A DNA stretch of 64,000 bases from Octopus sinensis (Eukaryota). The position numbers were made by a program, and so were the translations under genes. Below the pieces are notes generated by a model that searched no databases, had not been told where the DNA came from, and saw nothing but the letters and a program-made list of their open reading frames with translations. Where the stretch lies: assembly GCF_006345805.1 (NCBI RefSeq), contig NW_021832226.1, forward strand, positions 124,001 to 188,000. Direction: 5' to 3'. Positions 24,330 to 37,735 of the stretch are shown piece by piece. The number at the start of each line of letters is the position of its first letter. The stretch's first letter is position 1.

Positions 24330-27300
24330 GGATTGCTCTTAAGTTCCTTAAGTAATTCTAAGTCTTCCTTTGTTACTGCACTAAAGCATTTTTAAAAGTG
24401 TATTTGTAATTTAAAAAAACATCAATATTTTTTAAAAATTTTAAGTTTGTTTTTTTGATTTCAAGAATATACCAAAGGATTCATGTTTTAAGTTTTTTCC
24501 AACTTGACAATTTGATGTTGTGTAACACATGGCGGAGTAACAGTTGTGGCCTGTAGGACATATAATAGTATGTTTTGCGAACGTTCTGGATTTGCTATTG
24601 TTATGAAATGACACCAATGATGTCTGAAATGTTGACTCATCAGACCTGGAAGGAAATTCTATATACATTTTCAGCAAATTGTCGAAAAAAGGGTCGAAAT
24701 AAATAAAGCAAAGATCATCATGTTTAATTGAATAAGACCCCCAACCAGAAACAGAAACGTAAACACACTGATATCCAGGGATCTTTAAATATCATATCAG
24801 TATTTAAATATACTTGAAAATAATTTGAATTCATAACTTTTCGATATCCGGCGTTCTCAAATAAGGAAAATGATTGTTGAACGGCATCAGTAACACAAGC
24901 ACATATGAGATGACATACTGTTGGTGAACATCGAATAGCATAAACGACAAAACGGGCCATGTAATCTAAAGAAATGACCCGCTTATAGAGATTCCCCATA
25001 TTATTATAGTAAATATTTTCATCGGTGTCTATTGCAGCGACAACCCAATATCTATCATCGTTATTTACTGTTTATTACTTTGCAGTTCGAGATGCAGAGA
25101 ACACCACGTTCCCGTCTTCTTGGAGGAGAATGTCTGCAGAATAAGTCACATCTTTCCACAAAGATGACTTGTCTACTGATTAAACATATAAATCTAAACC
25201 GTTTGAGGATGAGAAGATGTAAATGTTGTGTTCATAACCCATCAGAGTGTTATTGAAATCAATTAGAGGCAGTTTACATTTGAAATTTTCACAAAAATCG
25301 AGATTTAATGGTTTTATAACAAAGACAGGACTCACGAATATTTTACTTCCAAGAACATCTTTAATATCGGCATTTTCCACATCAAGAATCTATTCGAATA
25401 ATTAAAGAAATATAAAGCACCTGAATTGCGACATTTGACGAGTCCTTCACAGAATTGGCAGGAAAAGTAAGAGAACAGAGAGAATTAAGATATATAGTCT
25501 GTTCTTTCGAGTCCACTTTGTAAACATCCGTTTTTGGTGCTGAAATGACGGCCAATGTGAGAGGAAATGATTTTATGCATACCCTCACAACATTAGCAGG
25601 GACACTCAATAAATCTACAATTGCTAAATATACAGACCTTGTTGTTTCTCTACGTCAAAAGAGGACGAGATAATCTCATTGAGAATTTCCGTACAATCAT
25701 CTGTAGGATAAGGCACCCATTTCTCAGCATGATTAAAATACAAAATATTAATCGAACGACTAGCCTTATTTACAGAATAATAAGGAATGTCAATCGCCAA
25801 AGGCCTAAAATAGACAATTCAATGATAAACTTCCTGAAATTGGCTTGCTGAGAACTAATTTGAATAATTTTCGTAGCAAAGTATTCCCCATCCGTTAATT
25901 CTGGCCCATGTACAGCTGAAGGATGTGATAAACTAACATTCATTCTCGTTGGACGTACGACAGTGTCAACCCCAACAAAAATATGCATATTTTTGAGCTT
26001 CTTATTCTCAAACACTTTCGGATTTGCGTCGATCATAAAATTGATTCGGAATCTGAAACTGTTTCCTAACACAAACTTTAATGAAGTAACTGATTTAGAA
26101 ATATTTGATTCACAATTATCATCAAATGAACATTCCATCTCGTTTGTAGAATCGCCAAATAGAACGGCTGGGGCATTCAGATCAGTAGCAGCCCAATCAG
26201 TCTCTTCTATTACAGACGAGTCGACCTTGTAAATGACCAAAAACAATAAAACCACTTTGACTTTTTCTTTACATGTTATTGGGTTATGGTTGTCCTCGTA
26301 AACAAGAATAAGAGGATTTCCTCCAATTTGGGACGTGAACAAAAATTTCCCGTCAGACATTGGCCTTAATCTTCCTGGAGAAATATCCAACAAAGGCATT
26401 CCATTTGAGTCAAATAATATGCCTCGCTCTCCTGGTTTGACATATGACTTTGTATCATCGCACATTACGACCGAACTAGAGGGATCAGTAAAGGGAGAAG
26501 TAGAATTTTTATTATAGATTGCAGACGATTTCTTATTAATTGTTGAATAATGGATTAATTCTTTGTTTGAATTATAATAGAGAGCTTCTCCATATCCATT
26601 ATCAACAAAAGCATAAGGGAGCCCACTAGCCATATAAACCGTATTCTCGTCCAAATATAAATTTCCATCAGGTCCAGGAAATATTTTCCTGTATGGAATT
26701 TGGCCATACTCCTGGAAACCAGACGAATTATAAAAGTAATCTTTATTCTCAACCAAAGTAGGTGCTGGAATAGGCACAGAACAGTCGGCATCGAGGTATA
26801 AAGGAATGGAATTGGCTGCTTCGGTAAAACATAGCGTATAATCTTCATTTCTTTGCATTATTGATCCAGTGGTTGTATCGTTAGTAATAGGAATTCCCCT
26901 CCAATTATATAAAAACGAAGAATTGTATTGAGATGACAAATAAGCAAATCCATCTCCTCGTAGCACAAAGGAACCTGGATGTCTCAAGGGGATACCATCT
27001 TGATCACAGACTACCAAATTATTGTACATAAGTTCGCCGGAAGCATCATATCTTAATAAGGACTGATCTAAATTGCAAACTAGAGGACATGCAGAGTCAT
27101 CATATATTAGCCCAGTTTGACTTGAATAGTTCAACCAATAGTTATTATCGACCATCAAAAGATTTGCGTCATATTCATTTGGATTTATCAATTTTCCATG
27201 ATAATTGTAAACAAGTGAACCCAGAGGAGTACGCCGCATCACAAATTTTCCATAAGAATCAATAAGGAAATAATTAGACTTTACGGCATTCCCGTCAACT

Positions 27301-29230
27301 ACACATACTCGTCCATCCTCATTGGCAACCAAAACAAGAGAAGGAGACTCAAAGTTCACCAACGGCATTCCAAAACAGTCGTATGAAATATCATCCACAG
27401 AAGTAACATAAGCATTCTCACGGAAATGAGCGTTAACAGACACCCTGCCGATTTGTTTCATATCACTGTTGAGAACTGGCTTGAGTATTTCCCCACTTTC
27501 ACAATAAAGTAGATTATCATTTCTATACAGCATTGATGAAGAATTATCAGTATTGCAAAGAGGTAATCCATTAGGTAAATATATCACATTTCCAGTATAA
27601 CTGTCACAGTTTATCAGCACACTATCATCTGTTATTTTTAAGGGTCTCATAAACGACGAAAGATCAAAGGAAGGTAGAGAAATACCCTTACAATCAAAAA
27701 TCATATCAGAATAAGCCAACGGCCACACCAAAGGTTTTTTGGTGTTAAAATCACACAAAACTTTTGAGTTTAGTTCCAACAATCCATTTGGTCGAAAATC
27801 TACTGCTTCTTGTCGATAGTCTCCAAAAATGATAGGAAAGCCATAGTAATTATACTGCACAGACTTGTAATTGGAACAACTAATATATATTGCATCATCA
27901 GTTTCGTTTATTATAAGAGACGTTGTGTTTATCGGAGGGGAATCTTTTTTCTCTATTAAAGTCGTCGTAGACTGTTTTGATCCATCCACTGATACCAATT
28001 CGCCGTTTTCGTCAGAATAGAATTGGGGATTAATGTTAATCAGTGGAATTCCATACTTATTCAATATGAAAAAATCTGTACAATTTGAAAACAAAGAATC
28101 TGGTAGTAGACCAATCAGTGGGTTTCCGTTATGGTCAAATGTTGTCAAAATCTCTTTGGGCTCTCTTTTAATTTGATATGTTCCATTGTAGAGAGGTCTC
28201 ACTTTATTCATTTTTTGGTCCATATAGTACAATTTTCTGTGAGAATCGGCGTAAATTGCTCCATTTCCTTCGATAATAGGAAAACCCTGAAAGTCGTAAA
28301 ACATCGTTCCATCGTATTCAATATCATAGCAATCGTCGTTTCGTGATTTAACAGCAAAACTTGGCTTCTCTAACTGCTTCCCATCATCAAACGTTTCATC
28401 TTCATAATGTACTCGATACACCTTGGAATCGCCAGATTTAGCAAAAAGAAATTTAGAAGAGTCGTAGTAGAGCAAATAATTGGTCGAATCCACCAAAGGA
28501 ATCCCTTTAGCGTCATAACAAATGTTGGAATTTGGTGAAACGCACAATCGTAAAACGTCATAATCGATCTTGTCAGCTCTTAATGAAGATAAATAATTTT
28601 TGCAAAAATATGGATTCCCGTGGCTATCAAATGCTAATATTTTAGAATTTCTGTCTTGAGACAGTCCCTGGTTCAAAGTTGTATAAATTTTATTTTCTTT
28701 TTGGTTTGTGTCTTTTCTTTTTACGTTCGATTCAGATATACCACAAGTGGAGAATAAGGAAACGTTAGAATTGACATTGGGTTTGATATCAGTTTCATCT
28801 TTTCTTTTTAACTTTCCTTCCTAAAAAATATTATATCAAAAATGACAATTGTGGCAGATTCTTCATCAAATGACTGACCAATTGGATGAATACTGTTTAG
28901 GACAATAGACGAATTGTCAACATGTTCTAAATTATAATCAGCTTACCAATATTTTTTAAGTAACAAGAAACAAATAAATATTAATAATTAAGGGATTAGT
29001 ATACTGTTTGCTTTTTTGAAGCTAAAAAGCCGTTTGCACCAGTTTTTCTCCTTTGAGCGAAACGGGCAACAGCAATTCATTAATAATTAGAAAATGATGC
29101 AGTAGAATCATTAAATATAAAAGCGATGACAACATATGTCATATACGCGATATCATCATTAGATATAAATATTTATTGACACTTACTTCGGAAGTTTAAA
29201 AATCTTCTTAATCTGTGAGCATCTCCTAAA
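24330..29230 (-). CDS. Ankyrin-like protein, intact part: novel repeat exon + ZU5-ZU5-UPA
   Basis: Open frame through micro-introns: FRINFMIDA..PTRM..GPELTDGEYFATKIIQI..KPLAIDIPYY (ZU5A); FPLTLAVIS..TFPANSV..SPVFVIKP..WKDVT..SRTAKYWVV (ZU5B); LYKRVISLDYMARFVVYA (UPA). Preceded by a 2565-nt exon (26256-28820). Confidence 0.8.
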
Positions 29231-29425
29231 AATGTTATTAAATAAATAAGACAAAACAAATACAATAATAATTGATCGGGGAATGCACAACAGCAACAAA
29301 AATTAAATGATGCTGTCAACTACATAAATTATTTCAAGCTTATATATCAAAATATGCCGATTAACAGCCACAGAAAATTGAATATTTGCCTCTTCTTCAG
29401 ACTCCGTGTGCATGTTTTCATTGAT

Positions 29426-31263
29426 TCATGAAAGAGCTCCAATAATTTTTTTATCCTGAGATATTGCGCCAGATGTTTCAACAGTCTTACAAATTTTAAG
29501 GACATTAGCAATCGCGTGATTATCAAACAATCTGGCAATGTCAAGAGCAGTTTGATTTTCATAGCACAGAAGATTAGGATTAGCTTCAGCCTCCAATAAA
29601 AAATGAAGAAACTCGAAAAATCCCTCCTGGGTTTCCTGGTGAAAAGCAGTATAATCAATCTGTGTCAAAATTACTCAAAATTAAAAGACATTAGTTTGCA
29701 TGTCAAATTACGCCTTATTTTTTAAAAGAAATAAAATCATTTTTACACTTCCGTAGTAACAGGCAATCAGCAGAGAGGTGTATCCGTCCTGTAGATTATC
29801 AAATCATAACTACTTTATTCTGGACGTTGATAGAAGCTCCGTCAGCGTAAAGCAGCTCAGCGCATTCAACACAATCTTCTTTAGCACAGCAATGGATTGG
29901 AGTAATTTCTTTCTGTCAATATTTAAACTAACAACAGACATTCGAGTAAAGAATATTGAGAGCAGAATACTTTAAAAGCAAAGTAACCCCTTCAACTGAA
30001 CATCTGCTAATAACTAAGTGAAGTGTGGCGAATACAACCTATAAGCATAACAAAAATGAATATTCCTTAGAAAGAGTGTCGAAGCAATTCAGCAATGGAA
30101 AAGTTATTATATAAAATTGAAATATGAAATCCCGTGAAATTATTTTCAAACATAAAAAAGCCAGAAATAAACCGAGGCAGCACATGTCATGTTAACACCA
30201 CAATTCACTGATGTTTCTACAACTTTATAATTCCCATAGTGAGTTGCAATCAACAGGGGAGTTAGTTTTCTCTATTTATTAAAGAATATTTTATTACAGC
30301 GGCTAAAGTGTTTACGTCGTCGCCTACACTGAAAAATTATTCGACATTTTTATAGTTTGCGTACTTACAGGCAGTATAAATTGAACAAAATCATTTCTAA
30401 ACTAAGTTCAATGATTGATTACGTAGGTTTTCTTTGTTACGTTAAGATCAAAACCATTTTGTTTTACCACATTTTCGTGGACAATTCTCATCAATTCAAC
30501 TAATCCATGTTTAGCACCCATTGTCAATTAGAATTTTACTGCTAATAGCAAAAGAGCCTCTCCGTTTAATAACTTTAAGAAAAGAATCTGAACCAAACCC
30601 TTGCCGGGAGATTGACATCCAAGCCCAACTGAATGATATATTCAAGAATAGAAAGATTTTTATTGGCAGCTGCAAAGTGCATAGCCTCAAGTCCTTGCTT
30701 ATTTACAATATTTAAATCTGCTCCTCTATTAACCAAATACTTGCCAGTTCAAAATTTCCCATATAAATAACAGTGTGGTGCTGACTCCACCAATCCAAAT
30801 CCTTAAATATTTATAAACAAACCAAATCAGTCACATCTATTATCACTTGGTCAACCGAAAGCAGTGTTTCAACGACTTGAATAACTGGTCATAAACAGGC
30901 GATGTGTAGAAGAGTATAACCATTCTAAAGTATTATTTACGTTATAGTCTGCACCACGAATAATTAATTGGTTAATTATTGCCACATTTCCTTAGTGGAT
31001 TGCCGTGTGGAGAGGAGTCAAGCCGTTTTAGAAAAGTAGTATTTAGGTTAATTAAAACATTTGTTTTGGCTTAAGATTAAATAAAATATCGATAATTAAT
31101 CAAGTAATTAAATTTGTAACAATGAAAACAATCAATTCAGCAGCTGACAAAATCTCAATTAGAAACCGTATTTGTTGAGTTGATACAAATGTCGTATTTT
31201 CAGGCAAAAATTGACCAATTTTAAATCATTTGTGGCGGCTGCCTTTAACAGAAATTCCTCCAT
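29426..31263 (-). pseudogene. Disabled ankyrin-repeat (membrane-binding) exons of the same gene
   Basis: ANK motifs (NGLTPLHTAI, GYTLLHIAC, LTPLLIAT, ITPIHCCA, YTAFHQ..QTALDIA) interrupted by stops at 30992-30994, 30889-30891, 30337-30339, 29708-29710 and 29426-29428. AA replaces AG at acceptors 31028-31029 and 30145-30146, and there are apparent 1-nt indels near 31200 and 30740. Confidence 0.75.
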
Positions 31264-31464
31264 CTAATAAATTAGAATTTATAAATAATTTAAATTATTA
31301 AATAGAATCAAAAATACTAATCAATTATAAAGCCAAAAATAGGAATGAATCAACTTTTTTAAAAAACGTTTTATTTTAATTAAAATAACAAATTACATAA
31401 ATCAAAATATAACTAGGTAAAAAAAATTAAAATAAAACAAAAGGAAAATTTCTCAAAAATATTA

Positions 31465-32628
31465 TTATCCGCGCCGATATGTATTTCCCGACCCTGTCCT
31501 GTGATCTAACACATAATCCATAATATCAAACAATCCTTATAATCGTCAAATTCTCTCTGCCTCTTCAGTTCCTCCTCCTCTGTTAGCTCACTGGGTTGTG
31601 GCTGGACAGTCATTTTAGACTCATTCTGAGAGCGATTCATTTCAAACCACTGCTCCACTGTGTACACAGGCAAGGACGGATATCCTTGACCAAACACAGC
31701 CTTCTGTGCGTCCTGTCTTGTTAAAATAAAATTCCAAATTATTCAATCCAATAATACTTTTATTCTATTTGATGTGGGCTGAGGTGGAGGAAGGTCTTCT
31801 TTCTTGGTATTCAAAATTTCGATTTCGGCTAAAATTGAAGTTTTTTTAAAAAACTTTGTGCGAATTCTTCTAAATCTAAACATTTTTGTGCAAGATTTTC
31901 TGCATATAAAATCCAAAATTTTCTCTGAATTTACTAATTAAATTGTTGTCTAACTTTAATTTCGTCGTCCGAAGATTCCAGATTATTTCTTAAATTTTCG
32001 ATTTGCTCTTTTCTGGCTTTCATTGCCTTGAAATTTTCAATTTTTGCGGTTCTTTTTGATTCAGGAGTTTGCTTACTATATTAAATAATAATATAAAATT
32101 TAATAAATAATATAAATATAATATATATAAAAGAATTTAAGGTCACATTTGGTTTCTTGTAGTACTCTCAAGTGCTTCAGAGTTACAAATTTCATAAAGT
32201 CGGCAAAGTTTAAGAAAATTATTAGAATATTCCTAATATAGCAATAAAATAAGAATATTATGAACTATGGACTTGTTGATAATGTCTAATCTGCTACTAT
32301 CGGCAGTAGGTTGAACTGCGTTTGAAAAATGTGCAAGAAGTCCAGGTAGTAAGATTAGTCTAAATATTAAAAATAGACAACTTGATATGCTCTGTAGCGA
32401 TTTCATCAATACATTCATTTTTGCTAAATAGTTCTAGTTTGTTGACCATTTCTATCAGCGATGTGCAGTCAGAGGTCGCCTTAGGGAGCAATTTCTGTAT
32501 TTTGGATTATAATAGTACGGATAATTCACTAGATGATGTTGTTTCTATTTTCTCATACACGTCTAATATGTTGAAAAATATGGTGCTGATATTTTCCTTT
32601 GATTTTATGTTAATGTGAACAAAACCAT
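31465..32628 (-). CDS. IGBP1: Immunoglobulin-binding protein 1 / TAP42 (PP2A regulator alpha4)
   Basis: LELFSKNECIDEIATEHIK and FGQGYPSLPVYTVEQWF...REFDDYKD.HRTGSGN match the TAP42 N- and C-terminal motifs. Confidence 0.88.
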
Positions 32629-33344
32629 TTTAAAACCACTAACTTAATATATAAATTCAAAATTATCTATTTAAAAATTAAGAATCTTTTAATAAATAAA
32701 ATTTTATAAAGTCGTGAAAGAGAAATTTTATAAAATATTCGACTTCATACGAGATTTTCTTTTTATGCAAAAAAGATTTGTAGAACTGAAAAATTGTATA
32801 AAACAAATAAAATTTATTCAAATTGAATCAAATCAGCACAGAACCTACTATCTTATTGGTCAGTTTAAAGCTTAGGAGAAGCCGATATCAGTTTGGATGA
32901 TGTTTCCTAATAATCACTTTTTTAAAGTATAATCTTCAATTTATAAAAACGATATGGACACTGAACAGCAAAGCATTTTGTCAGAATAACACTGATGAGG
33001 TAAAATCCGTGAAATTTGAAGTTGAGACGAAAACTACTATGAAATGAAAGTCAATTTCAAATAATATAAAAATTTCTTGTTTGTGTTGCCCACAGATCAG
33101 TGTAAAATTGTTTTTGTTTCTATTTTCAGAATTGAATGAAATTAAGATGTTGAATTCAGCAGCAAGATAATTGCAATCGCATGTTGATTCAGTAAAAATT
33201 ATTCATTTGGTTTTTCCATTTCGCTAAGAATCATTTTTGAGTATCTGAAATAATTTTTTCTCAATTGTTGCCAACTTTAAATTCTCAAAGAGCTCGTAAA
33301 TTTATAACTGTTACCAAAGATTGTTCTCTTTTTTAATCGACTAA

Positions 33345-35090
33345 GTTTCGCAGAAATGCCTCTCTGAACTCAATGTATGGTACTTCAACGATGCCACTAT
33401 CGCCAGCCCCGCACAGATAGTTCTTGAGGACATTAATAACATCATTCCTGCGCTTTCCTTTCTCGGTCTATATGTGAATCGGTCTATATGTTGTATTTTA
33501 CCTCCTCAAAAACTTTTTATCGTATCCGCGCCTACAGTACTTCCTTCGTGTTTCCCCTTGTCATGTCTTTCCAAAGAAGCTTGAGCGATTTGACAAAATT
33601 CTAAGAAATTTAATCTTCGAAATCTGTAATCTCTTCTTTGACGACTTCGGATGGTCCCAAGCTATCCTTCCTATTAAACATGGTGGGATTGACCTTCAAA
33701 CACAATCCATCCACTGCTTGCCATCATTTCTGTCATCGAATTCCCACTGAAAACTTCTTTCTCCTTCTTTTGAATCGATCCCAGACGTAGAGTTTTCTAC
33801 TGCAAATTCCATTTGGATCTCCAGGGGCCTCAAGATCCCATCAGATCCCACCCCCCGCTTGTCAAAGAACTGAATGAACATTATTTCCTCGAATTTTTTT
33901 GATTTCCTATTATCACTATTATTATTATTTTAACCCAAGAATCACCAACAGTTAATTAGGGTAATTAATTAGGTGATTCCAACAATCCTCAAAATCTTTC
34001 TCAGCTTTTCCCGATGTTGGACTCTGGACCCAACGCAAGTGCGGGACGGGCGGGGAGCAGTTTTTGTGAGGAATTGGATCGGGGTGATGTGCTTCTGATT
34101 TTTGAATTCTTTTGGCAGGTGGTCTTGTTGGATGGCTAAGAAACCCTTTCCATCTTTCTTAATAAGTTGGTCAAGCGGAGTTGGGGTAATGTTGTTCAGT
34201 TTGGAAATTTTCGTTATGCTAGCCGCGGCTCGGCATAGTGTAGTCTCAATTTTAAGGCGGTTAGACCATGAGAGATTAGAACCCCAAGCGGCGCAGGCAT
34301 AGCCAATTGTTGGTTCGATGAATTGTTTGTAGAGAGTCCCGAGAGCCGGGAACGGTGTCTTTAGTCCACCAAAAATCGATTTGATTAGTCCAATCTTTCT
34401 CTGACTAGATCCGATGGCCTTCTCTAAATGGGCAGTAAAACACATGTGGGTGTCAAAAGTGACCCCCAGAATTTTAGGGTTCTTCGTGAATGGGATCTTT
34501 TCGTTGTCCAGAAAAAGGTCAATAGTAAGGCTTCCAAGTCTTTTGTCCGACGTAAATAGGGTAGTAAACGATTTTTCGGGGGAGATGTTCATCCTGTTTT
34601 GATATAGCCAAGTTCGAATTTGTAATAAGAGACAGACACTCCTCTCTGCTTTCCTCCGCGTCTCAACGAAGCGGTAACTGGCTGAATGCGTTCCGTCATG
34701 CAAAATCGGAAACCTTTTAGACCCCATGTGTTTCAGAATCGGGATCTCTCTGCGTCTCGGTTTGGACATTTGCACCCATCATGAATACCGATGCGGGGAT
34801 ATCGTCGACGTAAAGGGCCTCCACCCTCTTTCTTGCCGAATGTTTGCGAGCCTCCATTTTCTCTCTTCCCGGATGAGTGCAGGCTTTCTCGCAAAAAGAG
34901 CAGAAGATCAAAAGCTCAAAAAGTACTCTTTCCTCGTAGACCGTTTCTCTTTGTGCCGGTGTCGGTATAAACCTCGGGGGTTCTCGGCTTAAGAACCCTT
35001 TGATTATTCCAAAAAATCGGGCTGGAAATCTCCAAACGGAAGCAGGGCCCCCGCGATAAGACTCAATGAGTCTTCCTGATGAATTCAGTT
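33345..35090 (+). mobile_element. CRE-like non-LTR element interrupted by a LINE
   Basis: LNVWYFND (RT), WSQAILPIKHGG, then the LINE insert, then WLNAVPS..CFRIGISLRLG..GLHPLSCR, a deletion, and AEDQKLKKYS..VPVSV.TSGVLG. Confidence 0.8.
33918..34640 (-). mobile_element. 5'-truncated LINE (GIT-stop family, subfamily B)
   Basis: KILGVTFD, LYKQFIEPTIGYACAAWG ... RPSRTCVGSRVQHREKL..VGIT*, with a (TAA)n tail at 33918-33931. Highly similar to 62684-63300. Confidence 0.9.
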
Positions 35091-36757
35091 TTCGGGCATT
35101 TATCTTGTCGACAAAAAACAAAATGACTGGGCGAAGAGTAGATATATCTCACTACAGTGATTATAAACACAATGCTTACGTCGAATACTATTTCTAGCAT
35201 TTAAACATGGTGATAGGGATGTCTATTGGGTTTTTCAAACTCATTCATCTAACTTCATAAGCCATCGCTTCACAAACACCTTTACAAGTAACACTGAATC
35301 CTTGTGATATCAGCGTAATCTTTAAGCAGAAACGACCCCTTTAACAAACTATTTTTGAGGCTAAACATACAGCGATACAAATAAATAACGGAACACTCAT
35401 TTTCTCGATTTTTTTCTATTGAATGATTGATTTATTTTAACAAAAATAGAATTTTTAGAAGACAAACATAACTTTAGCCTTAAAAAAAATAAAAACAACT
35501 TATATTTCGGACTGTAATTAAATCCAGTTTTGTCCAAACAAAATAAAAAAGAGAACAAAACAAAATAAAAAAGAGAACAAAAGAGTTTTTTAAACCATTT
35601 TTTATTTTATTACACGTGTTGATTCTTGTTACATGGTTTTACAACTTACATTACAAGAAAAAGCAGAAATTATTACGTATTATAAAGTCGGAAAGTCATA
35701 TCGGGAAATAAGAAATTTGACCGGAAGATCTTTGAGTGCCATCTCGAGAGTCATTCGAAACTTCACCATGAATGATTCCTTTCAGAGAAAAAAAGGCTCA
35801 GGACGAAGATTTAAACTTAACTCTGATGATCTCGGAATAATTCAACGTGAACAAAAAACTGACGTATTTCAATTCCGTAAAATGTTCAAAAATTTTACGT
35901 TCTGAAACGGGAACTGCTGTCACATCACAGACAGTGAGGAACTATTTGAAAAGACTGAACATATCGACGTTTCAGCCTACGAAAAGGCTATATCTGTCGA
36001 AAGAACACAAAAAGACTTGACTTTCTCAGTGCATTAAGTGGAACATGTTGCCGAATGTGTTCTGGAATCGAGTTATTTTTAATGATGAATCGAAATTCAA
36101 TCTATTTAATCCCGATGGAAGAAAATTTGTCTGGAAAAAAAGGGGACAAAGGCTTTTAAGCGAAAATGTTACTACAACAGTCAAGTTTGGAAAAGGGAAC
36201 GTAGTGGTTTGGGGCGCATTTACATCGGAATGTTTTTCGGAACTTGTTTGGATAAAGGGAATTATGAATGGGAACTTATATGTAAGTATCTTGGCGGACT
36301 ATTTGTTGCCTTTTTTGGAGAAAACCGGAATCCGGTCTCCAATTTATCAGCAAAATAATGATCCAAAGCACACATGCAAGGTGGCTAAAGATTTTTTTAA
36401 TGAACACCGAATTGAGTTATTAAAATGGCCTCCTCAAAGTCCCGATTTGAATCCAATCGAGCACGTGTGGGCCTTCATGAAACATAAAATAAAAGGGACT
36501 GAATTAAAAAAAAGAGTGACCTATTTGAGGAATTAAAAAATATTTGGAATGATTTTTCAATAGAATGCGACATCCCTTGTTGGAACAATGCGGAACAGAA
36601 TTTTAAACGCAATTAATGCTCAGGGTGGTCATACTAAATTTTGAACTACCATTGTTCTCTTTTTATTTTGTTTGAAAAAAAATTTGGTTTAAATCTTAAT
36701 AATAAAATGGTATGGTGTGTGTCTGTCTGTGTGTGCACACCAACTTCAAATTGGCAA

Positions 36758-37735
36758 TACGATGTCCTCGACTTACATGATGAGGTCCTTAAAACCTTCC
36801 CCCCAAAAAAATCAAAAAAAAATTTTCTGCATTTTGGTTAAAATGAACAACTACGATGTCCTCGACTTACATGATGAGGTCCTTAAAACTTCCCCCAAAA
36901 AAAATTAAAAAAAAATTTCTGCATTTTGGTTAAAATGAACAACTACGATGTCCTCGACTTACATTATGAGGTCCTTGAAACCTTCCCCCCAAAAAAAATT
37001 AAAAAAAATTTTCTGCATTTTGGTTAAAATGAACAACTACGATGTCCTCGACTTACATGATGAGGTCCTTAAAACCTTCCCCCCAAAAAAAATAAAAAAA
37101 AAAATTTCTGCATTTTGGTTAAAATGAACAACTACGATGTCCTCGACTTACATGATGAGGTCCTTAAAACCTTCCCCCCAAAAAAAATCAAAAAAAAATT
37201 TTCTGCATTTTGGTTAAAATGAACAACTACGATGTCCTCGACTTACATGATGAGGTCCTTAAAACCTTCCCCCCAAAAAAAATTAAAAAAAAATTTCTGC
37301 ATTTTGGTTAAAATGAAGAACTACGATGTCCTCGACTTACATGATGAGGTCCTTAAAACCTTCCCCCCAAAAAAAATTAAAAAAAATTTTTCTGCATTTT
37401 GGTTAAAATGAACAACTACGATGTCCTTGACTTACATGATGAGGTCCTTAAAACCTTCCCCCCAAAAAAAATTAAAAAAAAAATTTCTGCATTTTGGTTA
37501 AAATGAACAACTACGATGTCCTCGACTTACATGATGAGGTCCTTAAAACCTTCCCCCCCAAAAAAAATTAAAAAAAAATTTTCTGCATTTTGGTTAAAAT
37601 GAACAACTACGATGTCCTCGACTTACATGATGAGGTCCTTAAAACCTTCCCCCCAAAAAAAATTAAAAAAAAATTTTCTGCATTTTGGTTAAAATGAACA
37701 ACTACGATGTCCTCGACATTCATGATGAAGTCCAT
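36758..37735. repeat. Tandem array of ~95-bp units (10 full + 1 partial) inside the Helitron
   Basis: Units start (TACGATGTCCTCGACTTACATGATGAGG) at 36758, 36852, 36944, 37038, 37133, 37228, 37322, 37417, 37512, 37608 and 37703. Differences lie mostly in homopolymer run lengths. Confidence 0.97.

Noticed and set aside
29426-31263. Stop-codon reassignment (TAA/TGA read as amino acids) to explain ankyrin stops
   Set aside because: Gelsolin, CSK, LSM3, IGBP1 and NSA2 end in TAA, NELFA and SNAPC1 end in TGA, and none of the genes I spliced in full has an internal stop. The ANK exons also have indels and lost acceptors.
34717-35121. 134-aa minus-strand ORF with CSFC motif as a zinc-finger gene
   Set aside because: Antisense shadow of the plus-strand CRE-like C-terminus.
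36758-37735. CRISPR-like array
   Set aside because: The whole ~95-bp unit repeats, there are no unique spacers and no cas genes, and the context is a eukaryotic Helitron.
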